Positions 27,572-36,450 of a stretch of 64,000 bases of DNA are shown here, piece by piece (the stretch's first letter is position 1; every line of letters begins with the position of its first letter). Source of the DNA: Bacteroides sp. (GTDB lineage: Bacteria > Bacteroidota > Bacteroidia > Bacteroidales > Muribaculaceae); contig JAAVDE010000037.1 in the NCBI GenBank assembly GCA_014801955.1, forward strand, positions 549 to 64,548, read 5' to 3'. Under the pieces are notes generated by a model that was given only the letters and a program-made list of their open reading frames with translations, was not told the DNA's origin and searched no databases. The position numbers and the translations under genes were made by a program.

Positions 27572-27934
27572 CAGCACAAACCGCAACGCAGAAGCCCGGT
27601 AAGGGGTAAGCGGGCGGGTTGTAGACATATCGAAAAGCGTATACTTGCGCTCTTTCTTGACAAACGGAAATCTGGTAAATTTCAATCTTCGTCGAGAATG
27701 TGGCAAACAGTAGATGCAATGTGGATTTGTATACCTAACTGAGCGTGAACGCTGGTGCGTTGACGGTTAGTTACTGTATATATTTCGCGTGAGGCTTCTG
27801 CATGTTTGCTCGTTCAACGAAGATGGGCAATACCAGAGCCTCCGTTTGTGGAACGAGCAAAGGTAAAGGTCCTCGCGCCTTTCATTTATAATGAATAAAT
27901 ATCTTCGAAGGGGATCCGAAGATTCATCTCAATT

Positions 27935-28318
27935 ATGCGTAAAACTTTTTGCAAACTACTTGTTAAAGTATTTCTCGTTTCCTCTTTGTTTAGTATTACC
28001 GGCTGTAGCTTCAGTCGCGAAGCGGCATCGAATAATAATTTGGTTCAAACCGAAGTTGTTCTGCAGCGAGCAAACTATAAGGTTATCGGTACGGTGTCAG
28101 CAGAATCAAGGCAGGTTTATATCTTGGGAATTGGTGGCTTATCTAAAAAATCCTTAGCTCAATCAGCATTGTCTGATATGTATAAGCAGGCTGATTTATT
28201 GGGTAAGTCGCGCGCAGTGATAAATGTAAGCGTATGTTATAAGAATTCATTTTATACTCCTCTGGTTATAGAGTCTACGGCAATTGCTCGAGGTACAGTT
28301 ATTGAGTTTACTGATTAG
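27935..28318 (+). CDS. Small lipoprotein, function unknown
   Basis: Lipobox LFSITGC and 127 aa. The region is low GC. Confidence 0.6.
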   Translation: MRKTFCKLLVKVFLVSSLFSITGCSFSREAASNNNLVQTEVVLQRANYKVIGTVSAESRQVYILGIGGLSKKSLAQSALSDMYKQADLLGKSRAVINVSVCYKNSFYTPLVIESTAIARGTVIEFTD

Positions 28319-28325
28319 TAAGTAT

Positions 28326-29198
28326 ATGAGAAAGTTTGCCGTATTAGTTTCGCTTATTGTGAGTGGCGCGTTATTCGCCAATGACGTTATCACTCTTAAA
28401 AATGGTACAGTTATTGAGGGCGAAGTTTATAAGATACTTGAAAATGGTGATCTGTGTGTGCATAAAACAGATGGCAATGATATACTAATTCAACTATCTG
28501 ATATTGCATCGCGAGCGTCTAAGAATAATGAGGAAGCACCTAAGGTTCAACCTAAGGTTCAAAAGTATGAGTGGCGGAAAGACCCGGATTGGTTTGGCGA
28601 CAGCCTGACCTCATTATCCTCGACCGGTATCATGCTTAATGTGAGTTTCATTCACGGATTTAATTCTTCGGCGTTAAATTTCTCCGGAAACTTAGACTAT
28701 GATTGGTACGTCTATGATGCCGTAAGCATGAAAGACGGAAACGGAGCCATGATTGGAGTGTCGTACTCGATTGGTTTGAATAAGTCCTTCTCTCTTGAAC
28801 CCGGAGTGAGCGCTGCATTGTTGCACTATAAGCTGTATAGCAGTAGATATTATTGGGATGCAGAATCGTTGAGTTATATTGTAACAGATAAATATGATTG
28901 GTCGGCAAATTATCTTGGCTTAGAAATTCCGGTTTTAGTGACGTATCAAGTAGGCGTAAGTAAATCTTGTGATTTAGTATTCAAACTCGGACCATCGTTT
29001 CAGGTCTATAGGGAACTGCGTGGTAGCAACCCGAGCAATTCGAGTGTCGGGATTCAGATTGATACGGGCGTAAAATTCAGCAAGAGCTACGTTGGACTTG
29101 GGGTTAATCTATGCTGTTGGTCACATACTAACCAAACTTCTTTTTGGCTATCTGAAAAACGCCATCGGTTGAATATCTCATATTCATATATATTCTAA
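28326..29198 (+). CDS. Outer-membrane beta-barrel-like protein, function unknown
   Basis: Signal peptide MRKFAVLVSLIVSGALFA. The C-terminal half shows alternating aromatic/hydrophobic beta-strand patterning and ends in an aromatic residue (YSYIF). Confidence 0.55.
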   Translation: MRKFAVLVSLIVSGALFANDVITLKNGTVIEGEVYKILENGDLCVHKTDGNDILIQLSDIASRASKNNEEAPKVQPKVQKYEWRKDPDWFGDSLTSLSSTGIMLNVSFIHGFNSSALNFSGNLDYDWYVYDAVSMKDGNGAMIGVSYSIGLNKSFSLEPGVSAALLHYKLYSSRYYWDAESLSYIVTDKYDWSANYLGLEIPVLVTYQVGVSKSCDLVFKLGPSFQVYRELRGSNPSNSSVGIQIDTGVKFSKSYVGLGVNLCCWSHTNQTSFWLSEKRHRLNISYSYIF

Positions 29199-29214
29199 TA
29201 TATTCTAAGAATCT

Positions 29215-29265
29215 CACTCTCGAGAGCTACCTAACCTGATTAGAGCTTTCGAGAGTGTATTTTTT
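29215..29265 (+). terminator. Rho-independent terminator
   Basis: 13-bp stem CACTCTCGAGAGC / GCTTTCGAGAGTG (1 mismatch), 15-nt loop, then a T-rich tail (TATTTTTTG). Confidence 0.8.
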
Positions 29266-29440
29266 GTAATTTATGCTCTAAAGATTGGCTGGTTTCTTAT
29301 GGTTGAATGAAGGTACTTCACTCGATACGGAATTTGTGCAACCAATTGAGCTTTGGCTGCATTTGGGTCTTAACTCAATATTACATATTGTACTAATTTT
29401 TAAGTCGTGTAAGAAAATTTGAAAACTTTTGCCAAAAAAT

Positions 29441-29471
29441 TTTGTTAGTGATACTAAAATTAGTATCTTTG
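29441..29471 (+). promoter_or_regulatory. hicAB promoter (TTTG-N19-TATCTTTG)
   Basis: Both boxes match the Bacteroidota consensus. ATG 29494 lies 22 nt downstream. Confidence 0.6.
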
Positions 29472-29493
29472 CATAAATTTAGAATTTATATTT

Positions 29494-29745
29494 ATGTCAA
29501 AATTTCAAAAACTTGTTGAGAGGCTATTAAAGAAGCCAACGGATTTTGAATATAGTGAAGCCAGGACAATTTTACTACATCTGGGATTTGAAGAACTTTC
29601 CAAGGGTAGGACATCCGGCTCCAGAGTTGAGTTTGTCAAGGATGATAAATCAATTTTAATGCATAAACCACACCCGAGTGGAATTCTAAAGCAGTATCAA
29701 ATCGCTCAACTTATCGACGTCTTGACGGAGTTAGAGTTAATTTAA
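29494..29745 (+). CDS. hicA: HicA-family toxin (type II toxin-antitoxin mRNA interferase)
   Basis: 83 aa with a YcfA/HicA pattern (LLHLGFEE...GSRVEF...ILMHKPHP...ILKQYQI). Confidence 0.8.
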   Translation: MSKFQKLVERLLKKPTDFEYSEARTILLHLGFEELSKGRTSGSRVEFVKDDKSILMHKPHPSGILKQYQIAQLIDVLTELELI

Positions 29746-29766
29746 TTATAATAATTTTATTAAGAT

Positions 29767-30105
29767 ATGGGACTTTTGAAATATAAGGGTTATCAAGGCT
29801 CAGTAGAGTTCAGCCCGGCAGATAATTGTTTTTATGGTAAGGTTCTCGGACTTAAAGGTACTCTCATTTCCTATGAAGGTACAACGGTCGATGGTATAAG
29901 ACAGGACTTTGAAGAAGCTGTTGATTATTATATCGAAAGTTGTAGAAGGCGTGGCATTGAACCGGCTAAACCTTATAGTGGGCGTTTTTTGTTGCGAATG
30001 TCTTCAGAACTCCATAGTGATTTAGCGGCTGCTGCGGCGAGCAATGGTACTACAATAAATGATTTTGTGAATATAACATTGTATCGTGCGCTTCATCAGG
30101 CGTAA
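29767..30105 (+). CDS. hicB: HicB-family antitoxin with a C-terminal ribbon-helix-helix
   Basis: YKGYQGSVEFSPADNCFYGKVLG...GTTVDGIRQDFEEAVDYYIE is a HicB N-domain. LRMSSELHSDLAAAAASNGTTINDFV is RHH-like. Confidence 0.8.
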   Translation: MGLLKYKGYQGSVEFSPADNCFYGKVLGLKGTLISYEGTTVDGIRQDFEEAVDYYIESCRRRGIEPAKPYSGRFLLRMSSELHSDLAAAAASNGTTINDFVNITLYRALHQA

Positions 30106-30146
30106 AGACAAATGTGGAGGTTTGTCAGAAAAAAAGTACGAAAAAA

Positions 30147-30178
30147 TTTGCGGAGTTCAGAAAAACTCGCTAACTTTG
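30147..30178 (+). promoter_or_regulatory. tRNA-Glu promoter (TTTG-N20-TAACTTTG)
   Basis: Consensus -33 and -7 boxes, 19 nt upstream of the mature tRNA 5' end. Confidence 0.65.
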
Positions 30179-30197
30179 CAGCGCAAAAGCGAAACAA

Positions 30198-30270
30198 GGC
30201 GATTTAGTGTAGTGGCCTAGCACGCCGCCCTCTCACGGCGGAAACCCGGGTTCGAGTCCCGGATTCGCTA
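30198..30270 (+). tRNA. tRNA-Glu (anticodon CTC)
   Basis: GGCGATT TA GTGT AGTGGCCTA GCAC G CCGCC CTCTCAC GGCGG AAAC CCGGG TTCGAGT CCCGG ATTCGCT A. It closely parallels the E. coli tRNA-Glu layout. There is one T-T mismatch in the acceptor stem. Confidence 0.85.
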
Positions 30271-30278
30271 CAGCAAAA

Positions 30279-30304
30279 GCGACCCTCCCGGGCCGCTTTT
30301 TTTT
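30279..30304 (+). terminator. Rho-independent terminator after tRNA-Glu
   Basis: GCGACCC-TCCC-GGGCCGC followed by T8. Confidence 0.75.
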
Positions 30305-30360
30305 GTTCTTAGTGGGGGAAAATGAGGCGAGCCGCCCGGGGTGGGCGGCTCGCGGCGGGT

Positions 30361-32505
30361 TTATTTGGCGGCGGGTTTGAGCCAGCGGTCAAGCCAGCGG
30401 AAGAAGACGCGCTGCCAGAGAACTGCGTTCTGGGGTTTGAGAATCCAGTGGTTTTCGTCGGGGAAGATTACCATTTCGGCGGGAATGCCGCGGAGTTTGG
30501 CTGCGTTGAAGGCCATTTCGCCTTGCGACGAGAGGATGCGGTAGTCGAATTCGCCGTGGGTGATGAGGATGGGGGTATCCCATTTGTCAACGAAGCGGTG
30601 GGGCGACATGGCAAAGGTGCGCTGGGCGGTTGCGTTGTCTTTGTTCCAGTATGCGCCGTAGGTGGGGTTCATGGCTGCGTCGGCGGGAGCGTTTTGTGCG
30701 CCGCCACCCATGTCCCAGTTGGCGAACCACATTTCTTCGGTTTCGAGATATTGGCTTTCGATGTTGAAGATGCCTGCGTGGGCAATGAGGCAGGCGAAGC
30801 GGTGGTCGTGGTTGCCGGCGAGCCAGTAAACGGAGAAGCCGCCGTAGCTGGCGCCGGTGGCGCCGATGCGGGCTTCGTCGATCCAGGGTTCGGTTTTAAC
30901 GTTGTCGACGGCGGCGAGGTAGTCGCGCATGTTCTGGCCGGGGTAGTCGCCTGAGATCTGGGCGTTCCATTCGGTGCCGAAGCCGGGGAGGCCGCGGCGG
31001 TTGGGGGCTATGATGACGTAGCCGTTGGCGGCCATGAGGGCGAGGTTCCAGCGGAAGCTCCAGAATTGGCTGACGGCCTGCTGCGGGCCGCCCTGGCAGT
31101 AGAGCAGCGCGGGATATTTTGCGTTGGGGTCGAAGTTCTGGGGTTTAACGACCCAGGTCAGCATTTCTTTGCCGTCGGTTGTGGGAACCATGCGGCGTTC
31201 AACCGTGGGCATCTGGATTTGGGCGAGGATTTCGTCGTTGACGCCGGTGATTTTGCGTGCGCTGCCGTTTTGGGCGTGGTAGATTTCGTTGGGGAAGAGC
31301 ATGGAGTGGGCCATGGTGATGACTTCGGTGTCGCTCATGGGCTGGAGGCTCTGGTAGTCTACTTCGCCGGCGGAGATGACGGAAATGGTTCCGTCGAGCA
31401 GGATGGAGAACACGGGTTTCACGCCGTCGCGGTAGGCCAGGAAGAAGAGGCCGCGGGAGTTGGGCTGCCAGGCGATTTCGTCAACGGTGTAGTCCCAGTT
31501 GGCGGTCAGGTCGCGTTTTTCGCCGGTTGCGAGGTCCATTACCATGATGCGGTTTTTGTCGCTTTCATAGCCGTCGCGTTCCATCGAGAGCCATGCCAGC
31601 GAGGTTCCGTCGGGCGAGAAGGTAGGGTTGGTGTCGTAGCCCATCATGCCTTCGGTCAGGTTGCGGGTCGATTTGTCGGCGAGGTCGTAGAGGAAAAGGT
31701 CGGAGTTGGTCGAGATGGCGTAGGCCATGCCGGTTTTTTTGCGCGAGGTGTAGACCAGGCTCTTGCTGTCGGGACTCCAGGCGAAGCTTTCAATGCCGCC
31801 GAAGGGTTTGACGGGCGATTCATAGGGTTCGTCGCCGAGAATGTCAACGGGGTCGGAAATGGTTTTGCCGTCGAAGTCGGCCAGGAAGGGGTGGGGGATT
31901 TCGGTTACCCATTCGTCCCAGTGCTTATACATCATGTCGTCGATGATGCGGGCATTGGCCTTGGGCAGGTCGGGATATACTTCCTGGGCGGTTTGGGCAT
32001 ATTTAACCTGCTGGATGAGAACGATTTTCTTTTCGTCGGGCGAGATAACGAAGCCGTCGATCGCTTTTTCGAGCTTTGAAACCTGGCGGCGGTCGGAGCC
32101 GTCGGCGTTCATGGTCCAGAGCTGGTTATGGCCTTCGGAGTCGGGATAGAGGAAGGCGATTTTCTTGCCGCCGTCGATCCAGGCCGCGTTGCTTTCGCTC
32201 TTGGGGGTTGAGGTCAGGCGCGAGAACTTGATGTTGTCCATGTCGGCGAGGTCGGCCAGGTAGAGGTCGGCGTTGGAGCGGTTGTGTTCAACGCTTTCGT
32301 AGCTGACGGTGTAGATGAGTTTCTTGGCGTCGGGGCTGAGCAGCGGGGCGCTTACGCGTCCCATGGCTTCGAGGGCGTCGATGGAGAAAACGCCGTCGGC
32401 CGACGTGAACTCGGGTTTGTCGACCATCGGGGTGTCGTCGTCTTTGGCTCCGCCACAGGCAGTGAGCGAGAGAGCCGCAATTGTTGTCATCAGGATTTTT
32501 TTCAT
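30361..32505 (-). CDS. S9 family serine peptidase (prolyl oligopeptidase / dipeptidyl-peptidase-like) lipoprotein
   Basis: Lipobox LSLTAC, beta-propeller N-terminal half, and a catalytic GASYGGF nucleophile elbow in the C-terminal alpha/beta hydrolase domain. Confidence 0.88.
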   Translation of the reverse strand: MKKILMTTIAALSLTACGGAKDDDTPMVDKPEFTSADGVFSIDALEAMGRVSAPLLSPDAKKLIYTVSYESVEHNRSNADLYLADLADMDNIKFSRLTSTPKSESNAAWIDGGKKIAFLYPDSEGHNQLWTMNADGSDRRQVSKLEKAIDGFVISPDEKKIVLIQQVKYAQTAQEVYPDLPKANARIIDDMMYKHWDEWVTEIPHPFLADFDGKTISDPVDILGDEPYESPVKPFGGIESFAWSPDSKSLVYTSRKKTGMAYAISTNSDLFLYDLADKSTRNLTEGMMGYDTNPTFSPDGTSLAWLSMERDGYESDKNRIMVMDLATGEKRDLTANWDYTVDEIAWQPNSRGLFFLAYRDGVKPVFSILLDGTISVISAGEVDYQSLQPMSDTEVITMAHSMLFPNEIYHAQNGSARKITGVNDEILAQIQMPTVERRMVPTTDGKEMLTWVVKPQNFDPNAKYPALLYCQGGPQQAVSQFWSFRWNLALMAANGYVIIAPNRRGLPGFGTEWNAQISGDYPGQNMRDYLAAVDNVKTEPWIDEARIGATGASYGGFSVYWLAGNHDHRFACLIAHAGIFNIESQYLETEEMWFANWDMGGGAQNAPADAAMNPTYGAYWNKDNATAQRTFAMSPHRFVDKWDTPILITHGEFDYRILSSQGEMAFNAAKLRGIPAEMVIFPDENHWILKPQNAVLWQRVFFRWLDRWLKPAAK

Positions 32506-32550
32506 TTGTGATGGATTATAATTGGTTGATTAGATTTGTGTTCGTTTGAC

Positions 32551-34695
32551 TTAGCGCGGAAGAACTATGCGTTCGCCCAGGTAGCGGGCCAGTTCGGCGA
32601 TGATGGCGCGGATTCCCTGAAGCTCCTCGAGCGTTTGGCGGGCCGACGAGGGGTCGGCGGCCAGGGCGGCGCGCAGTTCCTTTTCGCGCCATTGGAGAAT
32701 GGCGATTTTCAGGCCGCAGGTTGCCCGGGGCACGCGGTTGCCTATCAGGTCGCGCTCGGGGGGGATGTGGGTGCCCTTGGTGTGGATTTTGCTCAGAACG
32801 TATTTTTCGGAGCCGAAAGCGGTTGCCAGGCGGCGAACGTCGTTGTCGGGGTCGGCGCCGAGAATCGTCGTGAGGAATCGCTCGGCCTCGTTGGCCAGGG
32901 TCATCTTGGCGGCTTCCTCGGCGGCCATTTCGGCCTCCTGCTCTTTGCGGCGGATTGAGTCAACGCTGCCTGCCGAGGCTATTTCCTCGGCGGCATCGGC
33001 CATGAAGCGCCGGCGCTCGGCCTCGGCGCGTTCGAGGGCGGCGGGAAGTTCGGCGCGCCAGGCTTCGGCGGCGTTTTGAACGGCAATGAACACCCGCTCC
33101 AGGTCGGGGTTGGTCAGGCGGATTTCGTCGTTGGCAAGGTCGCCGGCAACGTAGTCGATAACGCTCAGGTCGGTCATGTCGCCTTCGGCATCGACGACCT
33201 GACCCATTGTCAGCAGCCCATAGCGCGCGCAGAGCCTCACGACCTCCAGCTCCGGCGCCCGCAGGTAGGCGGCAATGTCGCCGGAGGTGCGGGTTGCGTT
33301 GCGCTTCGGTGCCGTCGGCTCAATGATTTCCGGGGTTTGGTCGGCCGGAGCCGAGGGGGGAGTGGCGGTGCGCTTGTCGGCGGCCTCGTTGGCGAACTTG
33401 GCAACCTGGAGGCGAACAATGTCCTCGTCCGTTTCCAGCAGGCGGGCACACTCTTTGATGTATTCGCTGCGGATAACCCGGTCGGGGATAACCGAGATGC
33501 TCCGCGCAATGCTGTTGATGACTCCGGCGCGTCCCACCGGGTCGTTGCTCTCGAGCGAGTCGAGCAGAATCCGCGTTTTGAAGCGGATGAAGTCAGTTTC
33601 GTTTTCCTTGAAATATTGCTCGATTTCCTCCAGGGTGTGGGTCTTGGAAAAAGAGTCGGGGTCGTCGCCGTCGGGCAGGAGCATGACCTTGATGTTCATG
33701 CCGTGGGCCAGGAGCATGTCGATTCCTCGCAGCGACGCTTTGATGCCGGCGGCGTCGGAGTCGTAGATAACGGTGACGTTCGGCGTGAAGCGATGAATCA
33801 GGGCAATCTGCCCTTCGGTCAGCGAGGTGCCCGACGAAGCCACTACGTTTTCCACCCCGCGCTGGCTCATTGAAATAACATCCATGTAGCCCTCGACCAG
33901 AATGCACTTGTCTTTCTTAACGATTTCGCGCTTGGCCTGGTAGAGGCCATAGAGCTCGTTGCTCTTATGGTAGATAAGGCTCTCCGGGGAGTTGACATAT
34001 TTGGCAACCTCTTTTGAGGTTTTCAGCGTTCGGCCGCCAAAGGCAATCACCTTGCCGCTGACCGAAAAGACCGGAAACATTACGCGTCCGCGGAAGCGGT
34101 CAACCAGCTCGCCGTGGTTGCGCTCGGCGCAGAGGCCGGTCGCCGTCAGCATTTCGCGGCCATAGCCCTTTGCCAGGGCTTCGGTGCTGAGCGCATTGTA
34201 GCGCTCCGGCGCGAAACCCAGGCGGAATCGCTTGATGGCCGCATCGCTCAGGCCGCGGTTGCGGAAATAGCTCAGGCCAATGCTGCGTCCCTCCTCGGAA
34301 TCGGTCAGCGTGCGCTCAAAAAACTGCAGGGCGAAATCATTGAGCGCCAACATGCTTTCGCGCTCCGTTGCGGCGGCACGCTCTTCGGGTGTCAGCTCGC
34401 GCTCCTTGATTTCGATGTTATATTTGTTTGCCAGCCACTTGAGAGCCTCAACGTAGCTCAGCTGCTCGTGTTCCATGATGAAGCCAACTGGCGTGCCGCC
34501 CTTGCCACACGAAAAACACTTGCAGATGCCACGCGCCTTGCTGACCGAAAACGACGGCGTGCGCTCATTATGGAACGGACATAGCCCCATATAGTTCGCG
34601 CCGCTGCGTTTCAGCTTCACGAAGTCACTGACAACGTCGACAATATCGGCGGTGTCAAGAATCTTTCTAACTGTTTCCTGGTCAATCAGAGCCAT
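32551..34695 (-). CDS. dnaG: DNA primase DnaG
   Basis: Zinc ribbon CPFHNERTPSFSVS...CFSCGKGG and a TOPRIM core (ILVEGYMDVI ... DSDAAG). Confidence 0.95.
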   Translation of the reverse strand: MALIDQETVRKILDTADIVDVVSDFVKLKRSGANYMGLCPFHNERTPSFSVSKARGICKCFSCGKGGTPVGFIMEHEQLSYVEALKWLANKYNIEIKERELTPEERAAATERESMLALNDFALQFFERTLTDSEEGRSIGLSYFRNRGLSDAAIKRFRLGFAPERYNALSTEALAKGYGREMLTATGLCAERNHGELVDRFRGRVMFPVFSVSGKVIAFGGRTLKTSKEVAKYVNSPESLIYHKSNELYGLYQAKREIVKKDKCILVEGYMDVISMSQRGVENVVASSGTSLTEGQIALIHRFTPNVTVIYDSDAAGIKASLRGIDMLLAHGMNIKVMLLPDGDDPDSFSKTHTLEEIEQYFKENETDFIRFKTRILLDSLESNDPVGRAGVINSIARSISVIPDRVIRSEYIKECARLLETDEDIVRLQVAKFANEAADKRTATPPSAPADQTPEIIEPTAPKRNATRTSGDIAAYLRAPELEVVRLCARYGLLTMGQVVDAEGDMTDLSVIDYVAGDLANDEIRLTNPDLERVFIAVQNAAEAWRAELPAALERAEAERRRFMADAAEEIASAGSVDSIRRKEQEAEMAAEEAAKMTLANEAERFLTTILGADPDNDVRRLATAFGSEKYVLSKIHTKGTHIPPERDLIGNRVPRATCGLKIAILQWREKELRAALAADPSSARQTLEELQGIRAIIAELARYLGERIVLPR

Positions 34696-34731
34696 CAGCC
34701 TAAACTCTCCCGGATATTTATTTTCGGATGT

Positions 34732-35241
34732 TTATTTTCTTCTTCGAGGTTGAGGTCCTTTGGGCGCCGCCGGCTCGTAGGCCTTCAGTCCCATATCACC
34801 GGTGAAGATTTCAACGGTGATATTATATGCTGCATAATATTTTGCCACTGCAACGATAAGTGCATCTCCAAACGATTGTCCGGCCAAGGCGGTTTCTTTC
34901 CATGCTGACAGCGTTTTCTTCAGAGCTTCAGAGTCTATTAAGCCTGATTGCTCAGTAAATGCCGCCCACGGAACGTTGCCGTCAATCGCATTTTCAATGT
35001 GTTCCACAAATGAGTTGACAACATCGTGTTTGTCTCCATGAGCCTGGGCAATGTGATTGCCGGTTTCGATGATAGATGTCAACGGCATAATAAGGGTAGA
35101 GCCGGCTTTGATTTCGGAGTCAATTTTTTGTTTGACTGAATCGAATGTCCATCTGTTGCCGTCGGGGCCGCATGTTTCTTTGCCGGGTACTCGTAGCCAG
35201 ACACACAGTATGCTCGTGTCGAGGATGATAGCCTTTCTCAT
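34732..35241 (-). CDS. PIN-like domain protein (putative nuclease), partner of the upstream ATPase
   Basis: Four acidic residues lie in canonical PIN order and spacing: D8 (AIILDTSIL), E59 (IIETGNH), D126 (FGDALIVAVA) and D149 (IFTGDMG). The ATG overlaps the ATPase TGA (ATGA). The region is low GC. Confidence 0.55.
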   Translation of the reverse strand: MRKAIILDTSILCVWLRVPGKETCGPDGNRWTFDSVKQKIDSEIKAGSTLIMPLTSIIETGNHIAQAHGDKHDVVNSFVEHIENAIDGNVPWAAFTEQSGLIDSEALKKTLSAWKETALAGQSFGDALIVAVAKYYAAYNITVEIFTGDMGLKAYEPAAPKGPQPRRRK

Positions 35242-36431
35242 TTTGTGTTATTTAAGAGCAGTCCTTTGGTCATCATGGCGCCGGGCGAGTAATTTGCCAG
35301 CAGTTTGAGAAGATCGGGAGCATCTTCCAGCAAATCTATTTCGCTGCTCCCTGTGAGTTCTGATCGCGACACATAGCTTATGAACGGAAGCATTTCCGGC
35401 CCAAGCGCATCAATAAGCACAGGATTGTGGGTCGTGCAGATGATGTCGATATTCTTTCTCGCACCCAAATCTTTTAATGCTATCGCTAATTCTCCGGCGC
35501 GTGATGGATGAAGCCCATTGTCAACTTCTTCAATAACCATGGTGGCTCCTTCCTTTGCTGATAACAGGGCTGCTACTATAGCGATAAACCGAAGAGTTCC
35601 GTCTGACATTGAGCGGGCGTCGAATTCGGAGATTTCTCCATCTATCCACTCCTCCGCGCAGTAGAGCATAGCGTCTGTCTTAAAGCGACCGACCGGTTCT
35701 GCCCATATTTTAATCAAATCTTTTTCCGGCAAGGGCTTGACGTAGTTGGTCAGCGTCTCTTCAAAGTTTTTTTTCTGTTCTTCGGGTAGTCCGGCAATCA
35801 TGCCGGCTATGTTTGAGCCATCGGAAGCAAGGTTATCTGCCAATGGACTGTAGGTGCGCATTTTCTCGGGTTTGGGGTCTAATACAAAAATAGACTTCAA
35901 CGAAGATGCAACAAGCTCTGCCTTATCTTTTATCTCTTTAATTACGTTCAGATTCGGAATCTGGGACAATATCGCTGTTTCGCGTTTCAGCGGCAGGCCC
36001 TTGCGCGGCCCCGCTTTGTCTTTAAGGAAACGGGCGATGATTTGGTTGTTGCCGGGAATGGCTTCGTCGGTTGAGTATAGAATCTTCTCTTTTCCGTTGG
36101 AGAACTTGACCGATAATCGTTCGTGGGTTAGCAGGAGCTCTTTATCGTCAAGAGTAAAAGAAAATTCGAAGGTAAATTCTTCTTTTCCGATAATGAGTTC
36201 AGCAGTTATACTTGCGTGGTCTGTCTGCCGCCTGATTATGCCCTCCGAGCCTCCTCTAATCGAAGACTCCGAGATGCGACAGCCACCGGCAATATCTGAT
36301 AAAAAAGAGAGTGCGTCAACGATATTCGACTTGCCGGCCGAATTTGCTCCGATAATAAAAGTCAACGAATCAACCCATAGTTGAGCCGATTCAAAGCTTT
36401 TCCAGTTTTTAAGAGTGAGGCATTTAATCAT
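35238..36431 (-). CDS. ABC-type (AAA_15/AAA_21-like) ATPase
   Basis: Walker A GANSAGKSN, signature MSDGTLR, Walker B MVIEEVDNGLHP and H-loop TTHNP. Length is 397 aa. Confidence 0.75.
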   Translation of the reverse strand: MIKCLTLKNWKSFESAQLWVDSLTFIIGANSAGKSNIVDALSFLSDIAGGCRISESSIRGGSEGIIRRQTDHASITAELIIGKEEFTFEFSFTLDDKELLLTHERLSVKFSNGKEKILYSTDEAIPGNNQIIARFLKDKAGPRKGLPLKRETAILSQIPNLNVIKEIKDKAELVASSLKSIFVLDPKPEKMRTYSPLADNLASDGSNIAGMIAGLPEEQKKNFEETLTNYVKPLPEKDLIKIWAEPVGRFKTDAMLYCAEEWIDGEISEFDARSMSDGTLRFIAIVAALLSAKEGATMVIEEVDNGLHPSRAGELAIALKDLGARKNIDIICTTHNPVLIDALGPEMLPFISYVSRSELTGSSEIDLLEDAPDLLKLLANYSPGAMMTKGLLLNNTK

Positions 36432-36450
36432 AAGTATGAAATTCGATACG

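Noticed and set aside
27519-27719. A 66-aa minus-strand ORF and an 88-aa plus-strand ORF (27891-28157) in the island upstream region.
   Set aside because: I found no promoter or start context for either. The first runs antisense across the strong plus-strand promoter. The second overlaps, out of frame, the lipoprotein gene that has a proper lipobox.
27572-27934. Identification of the promoter-proximal non-coding region as tmRNA, RNase P RNA, SRP RNA, or a TPP or cobalamin riboswitch.
   Set aside because: None of the diagnostic strings is present. Missing are the GGGG...tag ORF ending in ...ALAA-stop...CCA end for tmRNA, GAGGAAAGTCCGGGC for RNase P, the GGAAG/AGCAG SRP domain IV, CTGAGA...ACCTGA for TPP, and the B12 box. 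It is kept only as an unexplained region (see findings).
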